In this document: positions 28,520 to 37,773 of the stretch, piece by piece
Position numbering within the stretch: position 1 is the stretch's first letter
Layout: every line of letters starts with the position of its first letter
Source of the DNA: Phycisphaeraceae bacterium
GTDB lineage: Bacteria; Planctomycetota; Phycisphaerae; Phycisphaerales; Zrk34
NCBI GenBank assembly: GCA_040905565.1
Contig: JBBDRF010000005.1
Location: 96,001 to 160,000, forward strand
Direction of reading: 5' to 3'
Length of the DNA stretch: 64,000 bases
Position numbers and translations under genes: made by a program
Notes under the pieces: model-generated
Seen by the model: only the letters and a program-made list of their open reading frames with translations
What the model was told of the DNA's origin: nothing
Database searches by the model: none

Positions 28520-29581
28520 GTGATGACGATGGGAGATTGGGCAATCTGCATAATCGGCGTCGTGGTGGTTCTTGTGACGCTGATCGACATCGCGCTGAGC
28601 GTGCTGCACACCGACATCAACGGCCCGATCGGAGGCAACCTGCATCGTGCGATCTGGCACGGAGCGGTGATGATCACCCGCCGCCTGCCACGCTTCCGTC
28701 GCGGCATTCTGTCGCTTGCCGGTCCATTGATGATGCTCGCGATGTTCGTTGTATGGGCAACCCTCTTCATCACCGGTTTTGCACTGATCGTGTGGCCGCA
28801 ACTCGATGCCTTCCGCACAGCCTCCGGACAAGAGGCTGCGGATTTCGTCGACGCGCTCTACTACAGCGGCGTCACCGCCACGGTGCTCGGCTATGGCGAC
28901 ATCGCACCACGCACCGACGGCCTTAAAATCCTGGCGTTTGTGGAGTCCGGCCTTGGCTTTGCGATCTTCAGCGGCGTCGTGACCTGGCTGCTCAACGTTG
29001 TCAGCGGCGTCAGTGCCCGCGATGCACTGGCCCTGCGCGTCGAGCAGGAGACCGGCGGCACGCACGACGGGGTGCGACTCATCGGCAGATGGTTGCCGAA
29101 CCAGGCGTCCGGACACGCTCCCGCGCGCCTCCGGGAGCTGACGCACGCCTTGCAGCAACTCCAACCCAAGATGCGTCAGTTTCCGGTTCTCGACGTGCAT
29201 TACCGTTCGCTGAATGCGGGCCTCGCGCCGGAGCGGATGGTGCGGTCGCTGGCTACGGCATCCATTGCTGGATATCTCCGCGCCGACGAGCATGAGCAGC
29301 CCGACTTGGAAGAGGCGGCCAGCAGTTTAGATGGTGCCGTGACTGACCTGATGCGGCTGATCGCTGCGCAGCATCTGCCGCCGAAGGTTCTCAAAACACT
29401 CATTGATCCGGAGCCGGAGGCGCAAGACGAGGCCGCTGTAAAACTGCTGGAGAGTCGAGTCATCGCATCAGGCTCAGGGCGGAACCCACTACCCCCACAG
29501 CCTTTACTGCTGGCCTGCCGGCTACGCGTGTGGCTTGATGCGATGGACCAACTGACCGCCTGGCGAATGGATGGTCCGTAA
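28520..29581 (+). CDS. Two-TM ion (potassium) channel family protein
   Basis: DALYYSGVTATVLGYGDIAP pore loop flanked by TM helices. Confidence 0.8.
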   Translation: MMTMGDWAICIIGVVVVLVTLIDIALSVLHTDINGPIGGNLHRAIWHGAVMITRRLPRFRRGILSLAGPLMMLAMFVVWATLFITGFALIVWPQLDAFRTASGQEAADFVDALYYSGVTATVLGYGDIAPRTDGLKILAFVESGLGFAIFSGVVTWLLNVVSGVSARDALALRVEQETGGTHDGVRLIGRWLPNQASGHAPARLRELTHALQQLQPKMRQFPVLDVHYRSLNAGLAPERMVRSLATASIAGYLRADEHEQPDLEEAASSLDGAVTDLMRLIAAQHLPPKVLKTLIDPEPEAQDEAAVKLLESRVIASGSGRNPLPPQPLLLACRLRVWLDAMDQLTAWRMDGP

Positions 29582-29678
29582 AGAGGCGGCGGGTGCCTTC
29601 ACCCTTTGAAGACATGGCTGGCGGTTCAACGCTTGACGGTCGAGCTCAACGGTGCCGCCGCTGCCTCTCTTCTCATGC

Positions 29679-29714
29679 AAAAAAAACGCCTACTCCCCAG
29701 TCGGGGAGCAGGCG
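29679..29714 (-). terminator. Rho-independent terminator of the prepilin-lipoprotein pair
   Basis: Minus strand CGCCTGCTCCCC-gact-GGGGAGTAGGCG followed by T8. Confidence 0.8.
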
Positions 29715-29722
29715 ACAGTTGA

Positions 29723-30127
29723 TCAACGGTAATCCGGAGGTAACTCGTACTTCTCCAGATAAGACCAGTACTCGTCGTGCTGCTCCATTAGCGCGGTCGC
29801 ATCCGATCCGGTGACGGCTCCGTCGGCCATCTGCTGTTTGCCATCACGAATTTCAGCGATGACACGTCGAAGACCTTCGGGGGCATCGGGATAGCGATCG
29901 AGCGCCCGATCTAACGATCCGGCATGCGAGGCATGCACCTCCCTCATGGCCTCAGCTGGTGTTCGGCCGGGCGCCTGAATTTGTGGCCCCTGGTGGACCA
30001 TCAATGCTGCATCCCATAAGCCGACCTCGCCGCCTCCCTCACCGCATCCACCCAGACCTACAGCAGTCAGAGCCAGAACGGTCATCAACAGCAGACCCGG
30101 AAGTTTCGCATCATTTCTCATTTTCAC
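29723..30127 (-). CDS. Hypothetical lipoprotein
   Basis: Lipobox LGGC; directly downstream of the DUF1559-type gene. Confidence 0.65.
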   Translation of the reverse strand: MKMRNDAKLPGLLLMTVLALTAVGLGGCGEGGGEVGLWDAALMVHQGPQIQAPGRTPAEAMREVHASHAGSLDRALDRYPDAPEGLRRVIAEIRDGKQQMADGAVTGSDATALMEQHDEYWSYLEKYELPPDYR

Positions 30128-30199
30128 ATCCTGTTAACGTTCGACGGAGAAAGAGGCTACGCTTGCCACTCTCCAATCCAACGCTGCGTTACGTATCAG

Positions 30200-31012
30200 T
30201 TAGTTGACCAACCCAGGCACCGGAATTTTGAACTGGAGCCTGACGGGCCAATCGCGTACCGGATCCATGCCCGTCTCGATCTCGTTCTGATTGTGCCAGC
30301 TGACGCTGCCGTCTTCGAAGAGGAAGTTGCCACCAAGCACACTGTCCTCATCCGTACCGATGTGGTTGTTCATGGCGTCCGTGCCGCCCTCCCACAGATC
30401 TCCGCTGGGTTCCCGCATGTAAACGTCCATCATAATCGGCGCCCGGACGAAAGCACCATCCAGCCGCGACTTGCGGCCCCAGCCTGCTGTCTCGGGAGTG
30501 AAATGTGCCGCACCGCGGTTTGGTAGATACACGTAGCCCATCGTGATCTGGGCGGTCCAACCGGATTTGTGCGACGTCCAGCCCACGGGGCAATGCTGGA
30601 CGGCGGTCGCGCCTTTGTTGAACTCAAATTCTTGCCAGTTGTAAGGCGCGAGGTACTGGTCGTAAAAGCGGACCCACTCGTGCTGGGGCTGGTTAGCGAC
30701 GTTGACGTGAAAGAATGGTCGGTTGTCGTTAGCTGCCGGGGCGCCTGCCGGCGTGTTCCACGCGTCCCAAGGCCCACCAGGATTCGGCATGAGGGTGTCG
30801 TGGTCCTGAGCGAAGCTGTTGATCGCTATCCCCCATTGTCGCAGTTGGCTGGCGCAGGAGACCTTGATCGCCTCCTGCCGCGCACGCGAAAGAGCCGGTA
30901 ACAGGATGGCCATCAACAACGCGATGATGCCAACGACCACCAGTAGCTCGATGAGTGTAAAGCCCTTCGCGGTGCGAGGGCGCGGCATGGTACGGTGACA
31001 CAAAGGTTGCAT
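30200..31012 (-). CDS. Prepilin-type N-terminal cleavage/methylation protein (DUF1559-like, H-X-DG motif)
   Basis: KGFTLIELLVVVGIIALLMAILLPALSRAR...C.SQLRQWG; C-terminal H...GGNFLFEDGSV; AGGAG RBS. Confidence 0.9.
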   Translation of the reverse strand: MQPLCHRTMPRPRTAKGFTLIELLVVVGIIALLMAILLPALSRARQEAIKVSCASQLRQWGIAINSFAQDHDTLMPNPGGPWDAWNTPAGAPAANDNRPFFHVNVANQPQHEWVRFYDQYLAPYNWQEFEFNKGATAVQHCPVGWTSHKSGWTAQITMGYVYLPNRGAAHFTPETAGWGRKSRLDGAFVRAPIMMDVYMREPSGDLWEGGTDAMNNHIGTDEDSVLGGNFLFEDGSVSWHNQNEIETGMDPVRDWPVRLQFKIPVPGLVN

Positions 31013-31354
31013 GGCCAACTCCTGTTTTGGTTTTCGTAAAAGCGGTAAACCAAGGCACAACTGTCATTACGAAGCACTGCTGTCGCGCCGAGCAAACACA
31101 TCGCTCAAACGCTGTTTAACTAGATTACTCGAGCATATCCGCTCATCCGATAAGATACAAGCGAGCCGTATGAAAAAGGGGTCGTACCTCAAAAGTGGTG
31201 CCTCATGCTGCATGGGCTCATTTGTTGTTCACGGAGCCCACGTTGTGGTGCCGGTGGATGACGGCGAACTGCATCTGAACCGGGAACAAAGTGGATCGCC
31301 CCGGGCACATCACCTGTAAGGTGGCGCTAAGCGATACGAAAAAGGACGGCGACC

Positions 31355-31954
31355 ATGGCCGACAACGGCGACGCGAGGCAGAAATATGAGCGGTGGGTGA
31401 CCTGCTTCAGCGGTGAGCTTTATCGCCTGGCGTACCGGCTGTGCGGTCAGGCGGAGGTCGCGGAGGACCTGCTGCAGGAGACGTTCTATCACGCTTGGCG
31501 TTCGATGGCGTCGCTGAAAGACGAGGGGCGGGCGCGGGCGTGGCTGTTTCAGATCCTGCGTTTTCGCTGGTCGCATTACGTGCGATCGGAGACGCGTCGA
31601 CCGAGCCGCGGGCCCGCGCTGGATTCGGTGATGGAACCGGCCGATCCGGATCCGACCGAGCCGTTGACGAATATGGCCCGGGAGGAATCGATGCAACTGG
31701 CGCTCGATGCTTTGGAGGAGCGATACCGCCTGCCGCTGCTGATGGTTTTCGTCGAAGGCATGACTTGTCGCGAGGCGGCCGGCGAACTGGAGATACCGCT
31801 CGGCACGGTGCTCTCACGTATCCACCGGGCGAGAAAAGTTCTGCGTCAGCAACTGGGCGACGGCGAAAATGCGGCAGCGCCGCAATCCAAGAAAAAGCGT
31901 CCTCTTATCAAGTCGCAGGACTTGCCACAGCTTCGGCTGGGAGGTGAACGATGA
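31355..31954 (+). CDS. ECF RNA polymerase sigma factor
   Basis: AEDLLQETF, AWLFQI, region 4 E.A..LEIPLGTVLSRIHRAR. Confidence 0.93.
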   Translation: MADNGDARQKYERWVTCFSGELYRLAYRLCGQAEVAEDLLQETFYHAWRSMASLKDEGRARAWLFQILRFRWSHYVRSETRRPSRGPALDSVMEPADPDPTEPLTNMAREESMQLALDALEERYRLPLLMVFVEGMTCREAAGELEIPLGTVLSRIHRARKVLRQQLGDGENAAAPQSKKKRPLIKSQDLPQLRLGGER

Positions 31955-32721
31955 ACGAGCAAGAGCGAGACGGCCTGATTCGCCGCATGGAAGAAGCGGT
32001 GTTGCTGCCGGCAGAGGACGCGGAACGGCAGCAGCTCTACCGCGAGATTCTCGAAGCTGGTGACTGGGCACGCGAGCATTGGCTGGAACTGGTGCAACAC
32101 GATGAGCGGATGCGTCTGGAGCTTCTGGATGTCGAGCCGCCTTCGGGCATGGCCGATCGGCTCCGGGCGCTGGCGGAGGCGGGTCCGGAGGCCTCTTTGC
32201 CCAAACGGACTGATGGTCCGATTCTCTCACGTCGCCGCTGGCTCGGCATGGCAGCTTCGGTGGCGGCGTTGGCCTCGGCAGGGTCAGTGCTCTGGTTCAG
32301 CGAGAGCCGCGGTTCGCTGGATGCCCGCTTCCATCAACTCGGTGAAGCGGTGCATGCGCACCACGCGCTGCCTCATCCCGTCAGCTTTGCCAGCAGTGAT
32401 CCCGAGCAGGTCGCGGCCCATTTCGCCGGCTCGTTCGCGTGGGACGTGCGGATGCCCACGATGGGCCGAGGGTACGCTCTCGACGGCGCGAAGGTCTGCG
32501 AGCTTGCCGGCGAACCCGTCCTCTGCACACAGTGGCGCGACGGGCAGCAGCAGCGCTACACCGTCTTCCAGTTCTGCGCCCCCGACCACAATCTGCCGCC
32601 TACGTTCGACCGACGCACCGTCGAAGCAGCGGGCAGGCACATCGTCACCTTCTGGACCGAAGCCCACTGCGCCTACGTCATGACCAGTGACCATCAACAC
32701 TCTGCCGAGCCGATCGCCTAA
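31951..32721 (+). CDS. Putative transmembrane anti-sigma factor
   Basis: ATGA overlap with the ECF gene; cytoplasmic N-terminus, TM after RRRWL, His/Cys-containing extracytoplasmic domain. Confidence 0.7.
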   Translation: MNEQERDGLIRRMEEAVLLPAEDAERQQLYREILEAGDWAREHWLELVQHDERMRLELLDVEPPSGMADRLRALAEAGPEASLPKRTDGPILSRRRWLGMAASVAALASAGSVLWFSESRGSLDARFHQLGEAVHAHHALPHPVSFASSDPEQVAAHFAGSFAWDVRMPTMGRGYALDGAKVCELAGEPVLCTQWRDGQQQRYTVFQFCAPDHNLPPTFDRRTVEAAGRHIVTFWTEAHCAYVMTSDHQHSAEPIA

Positions 32722-32952
32722 TTGGCATCGCCTTCGACGGCTTCAACCGCGGCTCCAGCGGCGCAATGCTGAAGGGCTCGGGCCAGATCATCGCCAGCCG
32801 ATGCTGCTGACTTTGCCACACGGCTGAAGTGGCTGGTTGAGCACGTGTTGCACATCTGGGTGTGGCCTCGGAAGACGATGCGGTAGGATGGCGGGTGCTG
32901 TGGAGCAGTCCGGAGGCTGCCACGAAATCTGGCTGCATGGGAGTTTCTCATC

Positions 32953-34824
32953 ATGGTGAACCGCCTTTATCGATTGGCTGCCCTGGCGTTGTTGCTGGCA
33001 TCTGCTCCAGCGCTGGCGGAGGATCGGCCGAACATCCTCTGGCTTTCGACGGAAGACATCGGTCCACACATCGGCGCCTACGGCCATCCAGATGCCGACA
33101 CGCCAAACCTCGACAGGTTCGCCGAGCAAGGCATGAGCTACCGCTTCGCCTGGTCGGATGGGCCGGTCTGTGCAGCGTCGCGCACGTCGATCATCGCGGG
33201 CATGGACCCGAATTCGGCAGGCGCTCAGCACATGCGGTCACGCGTCCGTCTGCCCGACGGCTTTCACATGTTTCCCCGCTATCTGCGCGACGCCGGTTAC
33301 TACACCACCAACAACGCCAAGACGGACTACAACTACGAGATGACCGGCGGCGTCTGGGATGAATCCAGTCGCCGGGCCCATTATCGCAATCGGGCGGAGG
33401 GTCAGCCTTTCTTCGCCGTCTTCAATACGGCGATCACGCATGAGAGCCGTGTTTTCGGCAGGTTTGATGAACTCGAGGAGATTCCGGACGACATCGTCGT
33501 GCCCGCGCACCATCCGGACCTACCCGAGACCCGCCGCGCCTGGGCGACGTACAACATGGTCATCAGCGACATGGACACGTGGATCGGCAAGATGCTCCAG
33601 GAACTGGAAGACGAGGGGCTGCGAGAAGACACGATCGTTTTTTTCTGGGGCGATCACGGCGCGGGTCTGCCACGTCACAAACGCTGGCCGTTCAACTCAG
33701 GCGTTCACGTGCCCCTGCTGGTCTACATTCCCGAGAAGTACCAGCACCTGGCGCCGGACGACTACGACGCCGGCGGGATGAGCGACCGACTGGTGGCGTT
33801 TCAGGACTTGGGCCCGACGCTGCTGAGCCTGGCGGGCATCAATCCGCCGGAGCACATGCACGGCAAGGCGTACATGGGGAAATACGAGGACGAACCACGC
33901 GATTACCTGTACGCGTTTCGCGGTCGTATGGATGAGCGGATCGACATGGTCCGCGCCGTCCGGGACGAGCGATTCATCTATATCCGCAATTACATGCCGC
34001 ACCGGATCTACGGCCAGCATCTGGCCTACATGTATAACAATCCGATGACCCCGGCGTGGGAGAACGCCTACCTGCAGGGCCTGCTCGCCGCACCGGATAC
34101 GTTCTATTGGGAGCAGAAGCCCGTCGAGGAGCTTTACGACCTTCAAAACGATTACGACGAAGTCCAGAACCTGGCCGATTCGGCCGAACATCAGGACAAG
34201 CTTGAAGAGTTCCGCGCGGTGGCTCGGGAGCGGGCGTTGAGCATTCGTGATTTGGGTTTCATGCCCGAGGGGATGATTCATCGGCGTGCGGGAGATCAGC
34301 CGCCTTACGTCATGGGGCACGATCCGGAGCAGTATCCTGTCGAGGAGGTTTTCGATGCCGCCGAACGCGCGGCGAGTCGTGACATGGCCGATGTTCCGCA
34401 GCTGAACGATCTTCTCAGCCACGATGACGCCGCCGTGCGGTATTGGGCAGTGACGGGGCTGACGATTCGCGGACAGCATGCGGTTTCGCCACGCCGGCAC
34501 GCACTGCGGGAGATCATGATCAGCGATGCCGAAGATCCGAACGTCCGTGTCGCCGCTGCCGAAGCGCTCGCGTTCTACGGTAGCGAGCGTGATATCGCCG
34601 AAGCGTTGGAGAACCTCGTCGAACTCGCCGACCTGCGGCAGCACGATACGTTCACCGCTCTGGCTTCGCTCAACGTGCTGGAACTGCTGGGCGATCGCAT
34701 CGAGCCCGTGGTAGATCGCCTGCTCGATCTGCCGGCCACGCATCCCAGCGAGCCCGGGCGCTCGGGCGGGTATCCTGAGCGCGCCCTGGACAAGATCAGG
34801 GCCGACTTTCGCGGCGATGACTGA
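32953..34824 (+). CDS. Sulfatase (S1) with C-terminal HEAT-like repeats
   Basis: Signal peptide, RPNILW, CAASR formylglycine-motif variant, GDHG, R.R.DER.D..RAVR, EELYDL..D..E..NLA, AVRYWA and VRVAAAEAL repeats. Confidence 0.9.
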   Translation: MVNRLYRLAALALLLASAPALAEDRPNILWLSTEDIGPHIGAYGHPDADTPNLDRFAEQGMSYRFAWSDGPVCAASRTSIIAGMDPNSAGAQHMRSRVRLPDGFHMFPRYLRDAGYYTTNNAKTDYNYEMTGGVWDESSRRAHYRNRAEGQPFFAVFNTAITHESRVFGRFDELEEIPDDIVVPAHHPDLPETRRAWATYNMVISDMDTWIGKMLQELEDEGLREDTIVFFWGDHGAGLPRHKRWPFNSGVHVPLLVYIPEKYQHLAPDDYDAGGMSDRLVAFQDLGPTLLSLAGINPPEHMHGKAYMGKYEDEPRDYLYAFRGRMDERIDMVRAVRDERFIYIRNYMPHRIYGQHLAYMYNNPMTPAWENAYLQGLLAAPDTFYWEQKPVEELYDLQNDYDEVQNLADSAEHQDKLEEFRAVARERALSIRDLGFMPEGMIHRRAGDQPPYVMGHDPEQYPVEEVFDAAERAASRDMADVPQLNDLLSHDDAAVRYWAVTGLTIRGQHAVSPRRHALREIMISDAEDPNVRVAAAEALAFYGSERDIAEALENLVELADLRQHDTFTALASLNVLELLGDRIEPVVDRLLDLPATHPSEPGRSGGYPERALDKIRADFRGDD

Positions 34825-34920
34825 GAAGTGCAAACATTGAGCACGTGCGTCGTGCTTCGGCGATCGTGTGGACGGGGTAGCGTTCTTGACGCTTCGCGGG
34901 GGCCGCAATAACTTCAGAGC

Positions 34921-35748
34921 ATGAAAACAACTTCATTTTTCGCCGCTGCTCTGCTCCTCCTGGTGTTCGCCGTTCATGCCGAGGCCAGGGATGGCGATGA
35001 TGCCGACGGCGTTGTCATCCGCGTGATGGCGTACAACGTGGAGTTCGGCAGGAGCGCCACTCCCGAGGAGATCGGTGCCGCGATCGAGCCCTATGACCTC
35101 GACGTGGTTACTTTCAATGAAGTACCCGCCGACGACTGGACCGCCCGAGTCGGCGCAGTGTTGGGTATGGAGCATGCCTACGTTGGCGAGATTTCATCGG
35201 CCAATCACAAAGACAAGTACCGGTCCATCCTCAGCCGCACCCCGCTCACCGAAACCCGCGAGCATCGCCTGACCGGCGTCGGCTGGAACCCGGCGAGCGC
35301 CGTTCGGGCGCTCACCACCGTCCGAGGCCAAACCGTCTCCATCTACGCGCTGCACGTGTCGGGCGAGGCCCCGCGTGACGTGCCACTGGCGGATCGTCAT
35401 GCGATCTACCTCCTCGACGAAGTGGTCACTAAGGATGATGCCGAGCACGTCCTCGTCACCGGCGACTTTAACGACCGTGTCGGTGAGCCGACGCTAAATT
35501 ACTACCGCGAAGCCGGTTACCGCGCCACCTGGTTCGATCTCGACATGGATGTAACGAGCGGTTCCGAGCATTACACCTGGAACGCACTGAGCGACGGCCG
35601 GGCTGGCGTCATCGACCATATCTTCTACAAGGCCACCGGCAACATGCGCGCCACCGACGGCGGCATCGCCATCTGGGACAAATCACTTTCCGACCACCAT
35701 CCGGTCTGGGCCCAGATCCTCATCACGAACTCCGCCCCCCAGCGGTAG
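34921..35748 (+). CDS. Secreted endonuclease/exonuclease/phosphatase family protein
   Basis: MAYNV, FNEV, TGDFN, IDHIF, SDHHPV; signal peptide. Confidence 0.88.
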   Translation: MKTTSFFAAALLLLVFAVHAEARDGDDADGVVIRVMAYNVEFGRSATPEEIGAAIEPYDLDVVTFNEVPADDWTARVGAVLGMEHAYVGEISSANHKDKYRSILSRTPLTETREHRLTGVGWNPASAVRALTTVRGQTVSIYALHVSGEAPRDVPLADRHAIYLLDEVVTKDDAEHVLVTGDFNDRVGEPTLNYYREAGYRATWFDLDMDVTSGSEHYTWNALSDGRAGVIDHIFYKATGNMRATDGGIAIWDKSLSDHHPVWAQILITNSAPQR

Positions 35749-35874
35749 CTACCACTTCTTGCGTTGATCGGGATTGTGCGTCGGGTCCGCAGCCTCGGAT
35801 CGACCAATCAGCAGCACGGCGATGATGGTGATGACCGTCACGCCGAAACCGAGGATGAACAGGAACAGTGCCAT
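35749..35874 (-). CDS. 41-aa single-TM small protein
   Basis: MALFLFILGFGVTVITIIAVLLIGRSEAADP...; TGATG coupling to the upstream small ORF. Confidence 0.65.
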   Translation of the reverse strand: MALFLFILGFGVTVITIIAVLLIGRSEAADPTHNPDQRKKW

Positions 35875-36047
35875 CACCGCGTTCTCCCGCTCAGCATCAT
35901 CGCGCCGAGGGCAAGGATCGACGGCACCCAGATCGCGACAAACACCCCTTCCTCCCGCCTCCCACTGAACCACAAAGTTACCGAAGTAAGAAACGAGATT
36001 CCGGCAGCGGCGAGGAAGAGTAAGCGAGCGTTGCGGTACCGATCCAT
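35874..36047 (-). CDS. 57-aa 2-TM small protein
   Basis: GAAGGAG RBS; S..LWF.G....GVFVAIWVPSILALG. Confidence 0.7.
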   Translation of the reverse strand: MDRYRNARLLFLAAAGISFLTSVTLWFSGRREEGVFVAIWVPSILALGAMMLSGRTR

Positions 36048-36230
36048 CGAGTAGCTCCTTCTGTTCGCACCCCGAGCCGACGGGTGCCGAAGGGCCCTAT
36101 CCGCGATTCCTGCGGGGCTAAACCGAACTGCAGGATTGTGCTGGCCTGGCCTCTGTAATTCGACGGGGAGATCGCCGGTGAACACGGCCCGTAGCCGCCC
36201 GTGCCGCAGCCCGGCATCTCCCCAAGCCCG

Positions 36231-36962
36231 TCAATCGTCCTGGTGTGGGTCGAACGCCATCGCTCGAGGAAAGAGGATGCTGTTCTCCTTGTGAACGTGA
36301 CGGTGCATGTCGCTTTCGAGTTCGCGGAGCCCGTCGAGCGTGGCGCGAAACGTGTTGCAGGCCTCGGCAGGCGGCGTGAAACCATCAGTCAGCTTGCGGA
36401 TCCTCTCCAGCGCGTGACCGGCATCGTCGTGCTCGTGTTCCATCACGGCGATCGCCTTGTCGATCCCCGAACCGTTCACGCCGTTTGCAGGAAGTTCGCC
36501 GCTTTCGAGGGCGCGGATGAGCGGGAACAGCATCTGCTCCTCCTTCATCATGTGCGACTCAAGCTCAGCTGCGAATCCCGCGAAGACGCCGTCGACTTCG
36601 AGCATCCACGGATACCCCTCGCCATGCACCGCAGCAACCTTGCGAACCATCGTCTTCAGCCGCGGCAGCTCCCGCTTGAGGTAAGCGTGATGCGTCTGCT
36701 CGATGTGGTCGGCCAGTTCGGTCAGGCTCGCCTGCGACCAGTCCTTTTCCGCGGGGCGGGATTCGCCGTCCTCCGTCGCCAGCAGAACATTCAGCACCAT
36801 GGCGGGGTCAAGCCCCTTGTCGGCGCAGGCCTTGGCGAGGGGCTTTTTGCCGCCACAGCAATAGTCGATGCCGAGGCGTTCAAAGGCACGGGATCGGCTG
36901 GGTCGCTGGGTCACCAGTTCGCCGACGGTGGTCTCGATAGTGGGACTGTTGGTGATGCTCAT
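36231..36962 (-). CDS. ric: Iron-sulfur cluster repair di-iron protein (Ric/YtfE/DnrN)
   Basis: GIDYCCGG, HIEQTHHAYL, HMMKEEQMLFP, MEHEHD, PPAEACNT, HVHKENSILFP. Confidence 0.95.
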   Translation of the reverse strand: MSITNSPTIETTVGELVTQRPSRSRAFERLGIDYCCGGKKPLAKACADKGLDPAMVLNVLLATEDGESRPAEKDWSQASLTELADHIEQTHHAYLKRELPRLKTMVRKVAAVHGEGYPWMLEVDGVFAGFAAELESHMMKEEQMLFPLIRALESGELPANGVNGSGIDKAIAVMEHEHDDAGHALERIRKLTDGFTPPAEACNTFRATLDGLRELESDMHRHVHKENSILFPRAMAFDPHQDD

Positions 36963-37044
36963 GGGAACGGCCTCCTTCTGAGGATGGGGTGAGCGTGGGG
37001 CTAGGTCCGGCGTTCTTATTTCCGATCGCCGATCATTCAGGCCC

Positions 37045-37081
37045 TTGACTTGAAGCTTACCGTCGCTAAACTGGATGTCAA
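37045..37081. promoter_or_regulatory. Overlapping divergent sigma70-type promoters (ric / hemerythrin)
   Basis: Plus strand TTGACT(37045)-N16-TAAACT(37067); minus strand TTGACA(37081)-N16-TAAGCT. Confidence 0.5.
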
Positions 37082-37116
37082 GGTACAGATATCCTATTTT
37101 CTCGCGAGGTGCCACG

Positions 37117-37608
37117 ATGCCAAGCTACAAGACCCCACCGCTCAAGCGTCATCCATCGCTGCAACCGCTGTCGCGTGACCATTATGTGGGCCTGGTGCAG
37201 GGGCGTCGGCTGATCAAGTCCGGCGACGCCGACCCGACCGAGCGTCGCGCCGCCGTGGCCGCTTTCGTCGATGCCTGGCACACCGACATCGCTCAGCACT
37301 TCGCCGATGAGGAACGCCTGCTTGCCCCGCTCGCCAGCCCCGAAGATCGCCAACGGCTCGACGCTGAGCACGCCCACCTTCGCGAGCTGGCAGCCGAAGC
37401 GAAGCAGCGCCGTCGACTGATCGATCCGGGCGAGGCGTGGGTCGTGAGCCTCGGGCAGACGCTGACCGATCACATACGCTGGGAAGAGCGCACCTTCTTC
37501 CCCGCACTAGAGTCGGCAGCCGGATCGCAGCTCGAAGCGCTGCGCGGCGAAGCGGACCGACTCGAAGCCTCCCGGCCGCGCGGGCGGGACGCGAACCAGA
37601 CGCGGTGA
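37117..37608 (+). CDS. Hemerythrin-like (HHE) domain protein
   Basis: KRHPSLQPLSRDH, HFADEE..L, EH, HIRWEERTFFP. Confidence 0.85.
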   Translation: MPSYKTPPLKRHPSLQPLSRDHYVGLVQGRRLIKSGDADPTERRAAVAAFVDAWHTDIAQHFADEERLLAPLASPEDRQRLDAEHAHLRELAAEAKQRRRLIDPGEAWVVSLGQTLTDHIRWEERTFFPALESAAGSQLEALRGEADRLEASRPRGRDANQTR

Positions 37609-37773
37609 ACCCGCTTGACCAGAGGGCGGCACCCCGTAGAGTGAAATTATGCAGCCGAAATCTCTATATCCCCGAACATGAACTGTATCGGGCAAAACAG
37701 AGAGAGAGGCAACGAGATAGTTTGGCAACTTTTCAGGGGCCTTGGGTCCCAATTTCGAAGGAGCAGATAAGCG

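Noticed and set aside
37710..37745. Sigma-54 or FNR site upstream of the nos operon
   Set aside because: TGGCAAC lacks a correctly spaced TTGC and no TTGA-N6-TCAA box was seen. Only a weak TTGACC-N16-TAGAGT at 37615-37642.
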